DNA from: Actinomycetota bacterium
GTDB taxonomy: Bacteria > Actinomycetota > UBA4738 > HRBIN12
Reading direction: 5' to 3'
Length of the DNA: 64,000 bases
Assembly: GCA_035640355.1 (NCBI GenBank)
Contig: DASQWI010000007.1
Coordinates: forward strand, 10,166-74,165
Every line of letters begins with the position of its first letter. Position 1 is the first letter of the stretch. This document shows, piece by piece, positions 50,670-60,223 of this stretch. The notes under the pieces are model-generated. The model was not told the origin of the DNA and did not search any database. It saw only the letters and a program-made list of their open reading frames with translations. Made by a program: the position numbers and the translations under genes.

Positions 50670-51505
50670 CGGACGCTCCCGGCGTGTCGCCCCTCTCCAC
50701 GGGCGGCATCATCGGGGCGAATCCCAGCTTCTTCGACCTTCTCGCCCGCAATCGTCCAGAAGCCATCCCACAGGGGGGAGTCTCAGGGCCGCCCGATGAC
50801 GTCCGCGGCGCGCACGGGACCACCGTCGTCGGGCTGAAGTTCGGCGTCGGCGTCGCGTTCGCCGGCGACCGTCGCGCAACGGAAGGCTTCGCGATCGCCG
50901 ACGACCGGATGGAGAAGGTCTTCGCCGCCGATCACTACTCCGTCATCGCCATCGCCGGCGCCGCGGGTCAGGCCATCGAGATCGTGCGCCTGTTCCAGCT
51001 GGAGCTCGAGCACTACGAGAAGATCACCGGCGACCGGCTCTCGCTCGAGGGAAAGGCCAACCGGCTGGGGCAGATGATTCGAGCGAACTTCCCCCTCGCC
51101 ATCCAGGGCCTCGTGGTCGTGCCGTTGTTCGGCGGTTTCGACGAACGGCGCGGTGCCGGACGGATCTTCTACTACGACGCGACGGGAGGCAGGTGGGAGG
51201 AACAGGACTTCCACGCGACCGGCTCGGGTGGTCGCGCCGCGAAGAGCACACTCAAGAAGCGGTGGCGTCCGGATCTCGATCGCGACGAGGCGGTTCGCGT
51301 CGCCGTCGAGGCCCTCGTCGACGCCTCGCAAGAAGATGTTGCGACCGGCGGACCCGACCCGGCGCGGGGGATCTTTCCCACGCTCGTCGTTGCCACGTCG
51401 GAGGGAACCGCGGTCGTCACCGACGACGAGATCCGCGCGGCATACGAGCGGATCGTAGCGGAGCAGGCGACCCGGTCCGGGTCGGGGAACGGTGGTGCTC
51501 CGTGA
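50666..51505 (+). CDS. prcB: 20S proteasome beta subunit PrcB (with propeptide)
   Basis: Propeptide followed by the HGT|TVVGLKF Thr1 active-site context. The track ORF is extended to 50234. Confidence 0.92.
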   Translation: MTDAPGVSPLSTGGIIGANPSFFDLLARNRPEAIPQGGVSGPPDDVRGAHGTTVVGLKFGVGVAFAGDRRATEGFAIADDRMEKVFAADHYSVIAIAGAAGQAIEIVRLFQLELEHYEKITGDRLSLEGKANRLGQMIRANFPLAIQGLVVVPLFGGFDERRGAGRIFYYDATGGRWEEQDFHATGSGGRAAKSTLKKRWRPDLDRDEAVRVAVEALVDASQEDVATGGPDPARGIFPTLVVATSEGTAVVTDDEIRAAYERIVAEQATRSGSGNGGAP

Positions 51506-52191
51506 GCTTCATGCCGTACGTCCCGCCCGAGCAGCTGATGAAGGACCGCTCCGAGTTCGCGCACAAAGGCATCGCGCGCGGCAAGTCCGTCGTCGGGGTC
51601 GAGTACGCGGACGGATTGCTCTTCGTCGCGGAGAACCCCAGCGCCACCCTTCACAAGATCAGCGAGATCTACGACAGGATCGCCTTCGCCGGCGTCGGCA
51701 AGTACAGCGAGTTCGAGGACCTTCGTATCAGCGGTGTCCGGCTCGCCGATCTGCGTGGCTACTCGTACGGGCGCGAGGACGTTCGCGCGCGCGATCTCGC
51801 GAATGCATATTCCCAGGCGCTATCGACGATCTTCACCACGCAGATGAAGCCATACGAGGTGGAGATCGTGGTCGGCGAGGTCGCCGATGATGCCGGGCGG
51901 AACGAGATCTACCACATCCTGTTCGACGGAACCGTCACCGACGAACAGGGATTCGTGGCAATCGGCGGCCATGCCGACGAGCTCACGACCGCGGTGAGCA
52001 ACGCGTACCAGCAGGGGTGGGACCTCGCGACCGGCGTGCGCGAGGCCGTGAGCGCGTTGCGATCGGCAGAGAACCGGCAGATCGAGGCCGAGTCGATCGA
52101 GGCGGGCGTGCTCGATAGAACGAGCCGTCCGCGGCGGAAGTTCCGGCGGCTCGAAGAGGAGGAGATCGCCGGCATCCTGTCGGCTGCCTGA
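51502..52191 (+). CDS. prcA: 20S proteasome alpha subunit PrcA
   Basis: [46 protein letters not shown], a typical PrcA N-terminus. The start overlaps the prcB stop (GTGA). Confidence 0.92.
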   Translation: MSFMPYVPPEQLMKDRSEFAHKGIARGKSVVGVEYADGLLFVAENPSATLHKISEIYDRIAFAGVGKYSEFEDLRISGVRLADLRGYSYGREDVRARDLANAYSQALSTIFTTQMKPYEVEIVVGEVADDAGRNEIYHILFDGTVTDEQGFVAIGGHADELTTAVSNAYQQGWDLATGVREAVSALRSAENRQIEAESIEAGVLDRTSRPRRKFRRLEEEEIAGILSAA

Positions 52192-52255
52192 GCCTCGTCG
52201 GGCCGGTCCTTCGAAGCATCCCGGTCATTCGCCGTCTGGGACCTACACTCGGTAC

Positions 52256-53614
52256 ATGGAACGCCGGATATTCGGGCTGGAGAACGAGTACGGGGTAACC
52301 TGCACCTTCCGAGGCCAGCGGCGGCTGTCGCCCGACGAGGTCGCGCGCTACCTGTTCCGCCGCGTCGTCCGCTGGGGTCGCTCGTCGAACGTGTTTCTCG
52401 AGAACGGCGCGCGACTCTACCTCGATGTTGGCTCGCATCCGGAGTACGCCACGCCGGAGTGCGACTCGATCACGGACCTCGTCGCGCACGACAAGGCGGG
52501 GGAGCGGATCCTCGAGGCGCTCCTCGCGGCGGCGGAGGTTCGGCTCCACGAGGAGGGCATCAGCGGGCAGGTCTACCTGTTCAAGAACAACACCGATTCG
52601 GCCGGCAACTCGTACGGTTGCCACGAGAACTACCTCGTGGCGCGGCAGGGCGAGTTCGCGCGGATGGCCGACCTGCTGATCCCGTTCTTCGTCACGCGGC
52701 AGATCTACTGCGGTGCGGGGAAGGTGTTGCATGGACCCCGCGGGGCGCAGTTTTGCATCGCACAACGCGCGGAGCACATCTGGGAGGGCGTCTCGAGCGC
52801 GACAACGCGTTCCCGGCCGATCATCAACACTCGGGACGAGCCCCACGCCGATGCCGAGCGGTTCCGCCGGCTGCACGTGATCGTCGGCGACTCGAACATG
52901 AACGAGTGGACCACGTTCATGAAGGTCGGCATCACGGATCTGGTGCTGCGGATGGTGGAGGCGAACACGGTGATGCGTGACCTCACGCTGGAGAACCCGA
53001 TCCGCGCGATCCGAGAGATCAGCCACGACGTCACATGCCGAAAGAAGGTCCGGCTGGCGAACGGGCGGGAGCTCACCGCGATCGACGTCCAGGAGGAGTA
53101 CTTCGAGCGGACGGCGCGCTTCCTCGAACGGCGCGGAACCGACCCTCAGTCCAAGCAGCTGCTGGAGGAGTGGCGCGACGCGCTCGACGCGTTGACCGAC
53201 GGTGAGCCGGAGCGACTGATCAGAAAGGTCGACTGGGTGGCGAAGCAGGCCATGATCGATCGCTACCGTGCCCGCCACAGCCTTCCGCTGTCGCATCCAC
53301 GCATCGCGCTGCTCGACCTGGCGTACCACGACGTCAACCGCGGTCGAGGGCTGTACTACCTATTGGAGCGCGAGGGTCGAGCCGAGCGCGCCGCTACCGA
53401 GAAAGAGATACAGCGCGCGATGAGGGAGCCACCGCAGACGACTCGCGCCAAGCTGCGAGGCGATTTCATCAAGCACGCGAAGCAGAAGCGGCGCGACTAC
53501 ACGGTCGACTGGGTTCACCTGAAGCTGAACGACCAGGCGCAACGCACGGTGCTGTGCAAGGACCCGTTCCGCGCCGCCGACGAGCGGGTCGAGCAGCTGA
53601 TCGCCCACATGTAG
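52256..53614 (+). CDS. pafA: Pup--protein ligase PafA
   Basis: 452 aa. [14 protein letters not shown] and the carboxylate-amine ligase fold shared with Dop, without the Dop insertion. Confidence 0.92.
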   Translation: MERRIFGLENEYGVTCTFRGQRRLSPDEVARYLFRRVVRWGRSSNVFLENGARLYLDVGSHPEYATPECDSITDLVAHDKAGERILEALLAAAEVRLHEEGISGQVYLFKNNTDSAGNSYGCHENYLVARQGEFARMADLLIPFFVTRQIYCGAGKVLHGPRGAQFCIAQRAEHIWEGVSSATTRSRPIINTRDEPHADAERFRRLHVIVGDSNMNEWTTFMKVGITDLVLRMVEANTVMRDLTLENPIRAIREISHDVTCRKKVRLANGRELTAIDVQEEYFERTARFLERRGTDPQSKQLLEEWRDALDALTDGEPERLIRKVDWVAKQAMIDRYRARHSLPLSHPRIALLDLAYHDVNRGRGLYYLLEREGRAERAATEKEIQRAMREPPQTTRAKLRGDFIKHAKQKRRDYTVDWVHLKLNDQAQRTVLCKDPFRAADERVEQLIAHM

Positions 53615-53631
53615 CGCCTGCGCCTGAACGG

Positions 53632-54756
53632 TCATTCGGGCGGGTGCCCGCTCGCGTGGGTTCCGTCCTTCCACGAACGAGAGCCCGAAGCCATCCTGGC
53701 GGCCAGCACGCCCGCCGCGCCTGCCGACAGGAAGAACGCAGGGTCGTCGCTCGGCGTTCGATCCATCGACCGGACGGCGACGCCCCGTCGTTCGAGCTCC
53801 GCGAGCGCGGGGCGACCGTCCGCCTCGACAAGCTGGTGGCGTTCCTCGAGCCTGCGCGAGCGCAACGCGTTCCACACGGCCTCACGATGATCGGCTTGGA
53901 GCGCCGGAACGGCCACGTTCGCGTTCGCGGACACGTGCTCGAGGATCGTGAGCGAGTGGTGCGACACGCCTCGGTGGCGTTGGCGGGCGTCGGCGAACGA
54001 GACGCGGAGTGCGGCCACGGGCCTCCCGCCGAGCGCGGCGGCGGCGTTCAGTGCGTGACCGTTCGTCAGCGCGCTGACACCCCACGTCGTCTCGGTGCCG
54101 AGATTCCCCGGGCCGTCGGCGACGACGACGACGTCGGCGTGGAGGACGTCCACGGCCGCGATCAGCGCCGTCCACACGGTGACGGCCTCGAGCTCTCCGC
54201 CGAACGCCTGCCCGCACGTGATCCATCCGTCGAGGAGACCTGCGCTGCGGAGCGACGGGACGAGCCGCGACAACGGGCCCGGTAGCGCCGCGCCGTCGGT
54301 CATGACGTACACGACGGTCGGTGCGCCTGCGGCCTTCGCGCCGGCGGCGGCGGGAGCGATCATCGAATGCAGCGGCGCGCACACGACCGGCGTGCCGGCG
54401 AGACCGCGAGAACCTTCGATCACGTCCCGGTCGGTCTCCTCGACTGCCCTGACCGCCGTCTGCGACGGCGTGTAGCGCAGCTTCATCGTTCGGCCGGTGT
54501 CGGACGGGTCGAGCGACGCGCCCTCCACCGCGACGACGATATGGAAGCCACCCGTTCCCAGCTGGAGCTCGACGGCTGTGGTGTTCACGACGACGGTGTC
54601 GCCGGCGTCGACCGGTCCGACGAGATCCGGATACGCGAGCGCACGCGCGCGCGTGCCGTCGATCTCGGCGTCGAGCTCGAGGAGGCCTGCATGAACGGCG
54701 CGAACGTCGAGAACCGTGGCGCGCCGGAGGCGGACGCCCCCACGATGCGCGGACAT
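53632..54756 (-). CDS. Conserved hypothetical protein (possibly DUF3866-like), convergent insertion between pafA and pafB
   Basis: 374 aa Gly/Ala-rich ORF with strong coding bias. No confidently recognised catalytic motif. Confidence 0.5.
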   Translation of the reverse strand: MSAHRGGVRLRRATVLDVRAVHAGLLELDAEIDGTRARALAYPDLVGPVDAGDTVVVNTTAVELQLGTGGFHIVVAVEGASLDPSDTGRTMKLRYTPSQTAVRAVEETDRDVIEGSRGLAGTPVVCAPLHSMIAPAAAGAKAAGAPTVVYVMTDGAALPGPLSRLVPSLRSAGLLDGWITCGQAFGGELEAVTVWTALIAAVDVLHADVVVVADGPGNLGTETTWGVSALTNGHALNAAAALGGRPVAALRVSFADARQRHRGVSHHSLTILEHVSANANVAVPALQADHREAVWNALRSRRLEERHQLVEADGRPALAELERRGVAVRSMDRTPSDDPAFFLSAGAAGVLAARMASGSRSWKDGTHASGHPPE

Positions 54757-54779
54757 GCCGGAAGTATGATGCCGCGGCC

Positions 54780-55730
54780 ATGCAGCCGCTGGAGCGCCTG
54801 GTCAATCTCGTCGCACTGCTGCTGGAGACGCGAACCCCGCTCACGTTCGAGCAGATCCGCAGCAAGCTCTCCGAGGCGTACGGGCACGGGGACGTGAACT
54901 CCGCCAAGCGGATGTTCGAACGCGACAAGGACATCCTCCGCGATATCGGCGTCCCGATCGAGGTGCGGTCGGTCGATGTCTGGGAGGCGGAGCAGGGCTA
55001 CACGATCCCGCGCGACCGGTACTACGTACCCGAGATCACATTCACCCCCGAGGAGATCTCCGCGTTGCTCGTGGCGGCGCGAGCGGGCGGCGATCGCTCC
55101 GCAGAGGACGCGGTACGCACCCTGCTGTCTGGCGCTGAGGGCGGGATCATGTCGGCGCTCGCGGGGTCGACGGGCGCGATCGGCGGTGCGCGCGACGCCA
55201 GATTGCCGGCCGTGGGCGAGGCCGTCGCTTCGCTCCGCCGGATCCGGTTCTCCTACCGCACCGCGCGCGGCGACACGTCGGAGCGGGTCGTCGACGCGTT
55301 CGGGCTCGTGTTGCGCGGCGGAAGGTGGTACGTGGTGGGGCGTGACGTAGCTCGCGACGAGATCCGCTCGTTCCGGCTGTCTCGCTTCGCCTCCGACGTC
55401 GCCGACGAAGGCGACGGGAGCGAGCCACCGGACGGGTTCCGAGCGGCCGACCACGTCCAGGCGGGGCCGTGGGGTCCGGGAGAGGCCAAGACGGCGGCCG
55501 TGGTTGCGTTCTCGCCCGAGGTGGCATGGCTGGCCACCAAGGGGGTGGCGGCCGCCGAAGCCATCGGCACGCGCGAGGACGGCTGGACACTCGTGCGGGT
55601 GCCGTGGCAGCCGGGCGAGAGCTTCGCCGGATGGGTCCTCTCCTTCGGCCCGGACGCCGAGGCGCTGGAGCCACCCGAGCTCCGCGACGAGGTCGTGTCG
55701 CGGCTGGAGGCGGCGCTTGCCGCGGTCTGA
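54780..55730 (+). CDS. pafB: Proteasome accessory factor PafB (HTH plus WYL domain regulator)
   Basis: N-terminal wHTH (LVALLLETRTPLTFEQIRSKL) and a WYL region (GGRWYVVGRD). Confidence 0.85.
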   Translation: MQPLERLVNLVALLLETRTPLTFEQIRSKLSEAYGHGDVNSAKRMFERDKDILRDIGVPIEVRSVDVWEAEQGYTIPRDRYYVPEITFTPEEISALLVAARAGGDRSAEDAVRTLLSGAEGGIMSALAGSTGAIGGARDARLPAVGEAVASLRRIRFSYRTARGDTSERVVDAFGLVLRGGRWYVVGRDVARDEIRSFRLSRFASDVADEGDGSEPPDGFRAADHVQAGPWGPGEAKTAAVVAFSPEVAWLATKGVAAAEAIGTREDGWTLVRVPWQPGESFAGWVLSFGPDAEALEPPELRDEVVSRLEAALAAV

Positions 55731-56691
55731 CGGCGCCCGCACGGCGCCAAGGAAGGCGTCCGAGCGGCTCCGGCGTCTGCTGGTGGTGGTTCCGTACCTC
55801 GTGCGCCACCCCGGGACGCCGGTCGACGAGGCGATGGAGCTGTTCGGCGTGTCGGAGCAGGAATTGCTCGACGACCTCGATCTCCTGTTCGTCTCGGGCC
55901 TGCCCCCGTACGGGCCGGGCGATCTGATCGATGTCGACGTGCAGGACGGCCGGATCTGGATCGGCATGGCCGACTACTTCTCACGCCCGCTCCGGCCGAT
56001 GCGGGCCGAGGCGCTCGCGCTCTACCTCCACGGGACGGAGCTCGCCGAGACGCCGGGGCTGGAGGAGGCCCCGGCGCTCTCGTCCGCGCTCGACAAGCTG
56101 GCCGGCGCGCTCGGGCCGGACGCACTCGGAGGCCTTCCGGCTCGTGTCGCCGCGACCGCCGGGGGCGAGGTCGAGTGGCTGGAGGACCTGCGCCGCGCGA
56201 CCACCGATCGCGAACGTCTTCGGATCGAGTACCACGCGCTTTCGACGGCCGAAACGACCCAGCGCGAGATCGACCCGGAGGAGGTCTTCGTCGCCCTCGG
56301 GAACTGGTACGTGGCAGCGTGGGATCACCGCTCGGATGCCGAGCGGCTGTTCCGGGCCGACCGCATCCGCTCGGTCGCGCGGACGGGGGAGCGGTTCGAG
56401 CCGCGGGGGCTCGAGCGCGCCGGTCGCCCCCTCTACACGCGCGGCGACGAGGACCTCGACGTGCGACTTCGGCTCTCACCAGATGCTCGGTGGGTCGCCG
56501 AGTACTACGAAACGACCTCGGTGAGCGAGCTCTACGGAGGTGGTCTCGAGATCGCTCTACCCGCGCGACGACTCGAGTGGCTCGAACGCCTGCTGTTGCG
56601 GCTCGGCGCCGACGCTCAGGTCGTCGAGCCGAAGGAGCTGAAAGACCGGGTCGCGGAGCTCGCTCGCAGGACGCGAAAACGGTACGTCTAG
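55717..56691 (+). CDS. pafC: Proteasome accessory factor PafC (HTH plus WYL)
   Basis: LRRLLVVVPYLVRHPGTPVDEAMELFGVSEQELLDDLDLLFVSGLPPYGPGDLIDV aligns with the PafC N-terminus. A WYL-like GNWYVAAWD is present. Start codon uncertain (TTG 55717 proposed; the track ORF is extended to 55504). Confidence 0.78.
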   Translation: MPRSDGARTAPRKASERLRRLLVVVPYLVRHPGTPVDEAMELFGVSEQELLDDLDLLFVSGLPPYGPGDLIDVDVQDGRIWIGMADYFSRPLRPMRAEALALYLHGTELAETPGLEEAPALSSALDKLAGALGPDALGGLPARVAATAGGEVEWLEDLRRATTDRERLRIEYHALSTAETTQREIDPEEVFVALGNWYVAAWDHRSDAERLFRADRIRSVARTGERFEPRGLERAGRPLYTRGDEDLDVRLRLSPDARWVAEYYETTSVSELYGGGLEIALPARRLEWLERLLLRLGADAQVVEPKELKDRVAELARRTRKRYV

Positions 56692-56701
56692 GGTAGCCCG
56701 G

Positions 56702-57112
56702 TTGACCGTTCGCGCGCTCAAGCGAGTCACCCACGCGACCGATACAGCGGTTGACATGACCACCATCCGGACGACATGCCCCCGCTGCGGAGAGGTCGAC
56801 ATGGGACCCGAGTCGATCATGCTGAAGGTCGCTCGCGGTGGGCGCGAGGGTACGTACAAGTTCACCTGTCCCACGTGCATGGACGCCGTCGAGAAGCGCG
56901 CCGACCGGAAGATCGTGGCGCTCTTGGTGTCGGCCGGCGTCGACGTCGCCGGCCGAGGCGTGCTCACCGAGACGTCGGAGCTGTTCGACGAGCCCGAGGA
57001 CCCGCGCGGGCCACTCCCGGTGGGCCCGGCCCTGACGATCGACGACGTCATCGACTTCCACTTCAAGCTGCAGGACGACAGCTACATCCAGGAGTTCTTC
57101 GCCCGGCAGTAA
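56702..57112 (+). CDS. Hypothetical zinc-ribbon protein (CPRC...CPTC)
   Basis: 136 aa with two CxxC pairs (TTCPRCGEVD...FTCPTCMD). An alternative start is Met19 (MTTIRTT). No family assigned. Confidence 0.5.
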   Translation: MTVRALKRVTHATDTAVDMTTIRTTCPRCGEVDMGPESIMLKVARGGREGTYKFTCPTCMDAVEKRADRKIVALLVSAGVDVAGRGVLTETSELFDEPEDPRGPLPVGPALTIDDVIDFHFKLQDDSYIQEFFARQ

Positions 57113-57142
57113 GGGGAGGGCTCGGCTAGCATCGAGCCCGAC

Positions 57143-57379
57143 ATGTCCATTCCCGCGATCGTCTGGCTCGTGGTTGCGATAATCACGACCGTCGCCATCG
57201 CCGCCGTTCTGATCGGACTCGTTCGGCACGTGAAGGTCCTCGGCCGAGCGCTCGGTCGGTTCCTGCGAGAGGTCGATCCCCTCGTGCAGGAGATCTCTGC
57301 CCTGGGCGACGAGGCCGCCGCTCGCTCGGAACGAGCATCGGTTCGGGCGAAGAAGATCGAGTCGGCGCGGAAGCGATAG
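57143..57379 (+). CDS. Small membrane protein (78 aa): N-terminal TM helix plus an amphipathic, basic C-terminus
   Basis: MSIPAIVWLVVAIITTVAIAAVLIGLV then a charged helix. It has a TatA-like topology but lacks the F-G/GP hinge motif. Confidence 0.45.
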   Translation: MSIPAIVWLVVAIITTVAIAAVLIGLVRHVKVLGRALGRFLREVDPLVQEISALGDEAAARSERASVRAKKIESARKR

Positions 57380-57382
57380 GCG

Positions 57383-57898
57383 ATGTTCCAGATCGGTCCG
57401 CAGGAGCTGCTCCTGATCCTCGTTGTGGCGCTCGTCGTCGTGGGGCCGCGACGGCTTCCCGAGCTGGGTCGTTCGATCGGCAGGGGCATCCGAGAGATCC
57501 GAAAGGCGCAAGAGGAGGTTCGAAAGACGATCCAGCTGAACCTCGACGACGACGGTCGTCCGACCTTCGACGAGTCGCGTGACCGCTCGCAGCCAGGGCC
57601 GAACGGGAAGGGAGCGGCGGCGGCCGCGGGAGCTGCCGCCTCAGGTACCGACGACGCGCGCGAGATCTCGCGGACTCTCGGCCGCGGGCTCGCCGAGATC
57701 CGTCGCGCCCGCAGGGAGGTCGAGCGTTCGTTCCGCGTCGACATGGACCCACGACCTCCGAGCCATTCGAGCAGACCGGCATCGAGCGCGACGCCCAAGA
57801 GACGCGATGGCGCGGCGGAGACCGTGACGGACGGGACCCAGCAGGTTACGGAGGGCGACGAAACCGGCGGCGAACGCGAAACGTCACTACCGGAGTAG
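57383..57898 (+). CDS. tatA: Twin-arginine translocase TatA/TatB-family protein (171 aa, TatB-like length)
   Basis: MFQIGPQELLLILVVALVVVGPRRLPELGRSIGRGIREIRK is the canonical TatA/B TM-hinge-amphipathic motif, followed by a long acidic/Pro-rich tail. Confidence 0.8.
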   Translation: MFQIGPQELLLILVVALVVVGPRRLPELGRSIGRGIREIRKAQEEVRKTIQLNLDDDGRPTFDESRDRSQPGPNGKGAAAAAGAAASGTDDAREISRTLGRGLAEIRRARREVERSFRVDMDPRPPSHSSRPASSATPKRRDGAAETVTDGTQQVTEGDETGGERETSLPE

Positions 57899-57967
57899 GT
57901 GGTGGCCGGGGTGCGCGTGATCCCCGAGCGACTCCGGCGGCGCCCGCGGCGGGATCCAGAGGGCTCG

Positions 57968-58693
57968 ATGACGCTCATCGAGCACCTTGAGGAGCTCCGG
58001 TACCGGCTGATCATCGCCGTCGCGGCGATCGCCGTCGGCGCGATCGTTGGGTGGGTCCTGTACGACCGCGTTGCCGACCTGCTCCTCAACCCGTACTGCA
58101 ACTACTACCAATCGATCCCACTCGATCGTCGTCCCACCCCCGAGTGCACGCTGTTCTTCTCCGAGGCGCTCGGCGCCGTGCTGCTGAAGCTGAAGCTGGT
58201 CGGGTACCTGGGCCTGTTCCTTGCGCTCCCGGTCGTGCTCTACCAGCTGTGGGCGTTCGTCGTTCCGGGGCTGACGAAGCGTGAACGCCGGTTGGCGATC
58301 CCGTTCGTCGTGAGCTCGGTGCTGCTGTTCGCGCTCGGCGCGTTGTTCGCCTACTGGTCGTTGCCGAAGGCACTGGGCTTCCTCCTCGGGTTCGCCGGCG
58401 ACGTCGCGTCGCCGCTGCTCACCGGCGATCGGTTCTTCTCCTTCGTCGTGCTGCTCGCCTTCGTGTTCGGCCTGTCGTTCGAGTTCCCCATCGCGCTCGT
58501 GTTCCTCCAGATGGCCGGCGTGATCGGCCCCACCCAGTTGCGAGGATGGCGCCGGACGGCGATCCTGCTCATCTTCGTCTTTGCTGCGGTGATCACGCCC
58601 AGCGGCGACCCGTACACGCTGCTGGCGATGGCCGTTCCCATGGTCCTGTTCTACGAGGCCGCTATCATCGTTGGCCGGCTCATGAACCGGTAA
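57968..58693 (+). CDS. tatC: Twin-arginine translocase subunit TatC
   Basis: LIEHLEELRYRLI start typical of TatC, with 6 TM segments. The track start 57899 would add a 23-aa basic extension. Confidence 0.88.
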   Translation: MTLIEHLEELRYRLIIAVAAIAVGAIVGWVLYDRVADLLLNPYCNYYQSIPLDRRPTPECTLFFSEALGAVLLKLKLVGYLGLFLALPVVLYQLWAFVVPGLTKRERRLAIPFVVSSVLLFALGALFAYWSLPKALGFLLGFAGDVASPLLTGDRFFSFVVLLAFVFGLSFEFPIALVFLQMAGVIGPTQLRGWRRTAILLIFVFAAVITPSGDPYTLLAMAVPMVLFYEAAIIVGRLMNR

Positions 58694-58715
58694 GCGATCG
58701 AGAGAACAGGACGGC

Positions 58716-59438
58716 ATGGCGATCAAGGGGAAGAGCAAGAGCCGTGGTACGCGTACCGTCGCCCGCGGGCCGAAGCCCGCCTACGTGCCGGTTCGTACCC
58801 CGTTCCTGCGTCGGCGGGGGCTGTGGATCTCGGTCGCGACGGTGGCGGCGTGCGCGCTCGTGGTCGCGCTCGGGGTGGGGTTGATCCAGCAGCGCGAGGA
58901 CGCCCGGGAGCGCGAACGGACCGACCGCATGGCGACGGCGGTCAATCAGTACCGCGGTCAGATCGATCCCGTGCTCGCGACCGTGGGGCAGCCACAGCCA
59001 CCGGCGGGATTCGACGCCTTCCCTGACCTGGGCACCACGTTGCCGGTCATCTCGGCGAACGGCGCAGACGAAACGGCACTCGATCAAGCCGGAACGGTTG
59101 CCAAGGACGCGGCGTCCGCGGCGAAGAGTGCCGCGAGCCTGATCGGGGACGTCCCCGTGGCCGATTTCATCCGCGACCGCGGGTTCTCGCGCGAGTTCGT
59201 GGTGTACATGCTCGACTCGCAGAGCGAGCTCGCCCGAGCCATGAAGCTGTACGAGCAGGCGGCACGGCTCGTCACGATGGCCATCGCGTTCGACGACCCG
59301 CCTGAACGGCAGGACCTGCTCGGGAGCGCCGACGATCTGTTCGCCGTGGCGGAGGACACGTTCGCCCGCGCGTACGCCGACTACGTCGAGGCGCAAGCGG
59401 CTGCCGACGTCTTCGAGCCCGTCGGGCCGACCGGCTGA
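58716..59438 (+). CDS. Hypothetical membrane-anchored protein
   Basis: 240 aa with a basic N-terminus, one TM helix (LWISVATVAACALVVALGVGLI) and an Ala-rich extracytoplasmic region. No domain call. Confidence 0.5.
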   Translation: MAIKGKSKSRGTRTVARGPKPAYVPVRTPFLRRRGLWISVATVAACALVVALGVGLIQQREDARERERTDRMATAVNQYRGQIDPVLATVGQPQPPAGFDAFPDLGTTLPVISANGADETALDQAGTVAKDAASAAKSAASLIGDVPVADFIRDRGFSREFVVYMLDSQSELARAMKLYEQAARLVTMAIAFDDPPERQDLLGSADDLFAVAEDTFARAYADYVEAQAAADVFEPVGPTG

Positions 59439-59441
59439 CCG

Positions 59442-60176
59442 ATGCCCGACGGGATCCTCCTGCTCCACGCGTGGCCGCTCGACGCCCGGATGTGGGAACC
59501 ACAGCTTGCCGCGCTCCCGAACGACGTCCGCGTCGTCGCGCCGAATCTCCCGGGATTCGGCGGCTCCGAACCGGTGGATGCCGTCGCGACCATGCGAGCA
59601 GCGGCCGAACGGACGCTCTCGGAGCTCGAACGCGCAGGGATCGACCGAGCGCTCGTGTGTGGGCTATCGATGGGCGGCTACGTCGCCTTCGAGCTGTGGA
59701 GGCGTTCCCCGGATCGCGTGCTCGGACTCGTCCTGGCGAACACGCGCGCCGTCGACGACACGCCCGACGGGGCAGACAAGAGGCGGGCGCTCGCCGAACG
59801 CCTGCGGTCGGAGGGGAACGTCTTGGCCGACGAGCCTCCGCCGCTCCTCGCCGAAGACGCGCCGGCTGAGCTGTTCGAGCGCGTTCGTGCGTGGATCGTC
59901 GATCAGACTCCGGAGGCGATCGCCGCAGCGGCGCTGGGGATGGCCGAGCGACCGGATTCGACACCGGACCTGGCGACGATCGACGTGCCGACCCTGGTGA
60001 TCACGTCGACCGGGGATCGTCTCATCCCACCCGACGTCTCGTCGGCGATGGCAGAGGAGATCGCCGGCGCGGAGCTCCACGTGATCGACGACGCGGGACA
60101 CCTATCGAATCTCGAGGCGCCGGGCGAGTTCGACCGGTTGCTTCTCCAGCACATCCGCGCCTGCGGCCTGGCCTGA
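59442..60176 (+). CDS. Alpha/beta-fold hydrolase
   Basis: Has LLLHAWP and a GLSMGG nucleophile elbow (GxSxG), with the Asp/His context at the C-terminus (DDAGH). Confidence 0.75.
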   Translation: MPDGILLLHAWPLDARMWEPQLAALPNDVRVVAPNLPGFGGSEPVDAVATMRAAAERTLSELERAGIDRALVCGLSMGGYVAFELWRRSPDRVLGLVLANTRAVDDTPDGADKRRALAERLRSEGNVLADEPPPLLAEDAPAELFERVRAWIVDQTPEAIAAAALGMAERPDSTPDLATIDVPTLVITSTGDRLIPPDVSSAMAEEIAGAELHVIDDAGHLSNLEAPGEFDRLLLQHIRACGLA

Positions 60177-60223
60177 CGATTCGGCGGTCGAGCCCCCGCG
60201 AGGCCCGACCGTAGACTCGATCC

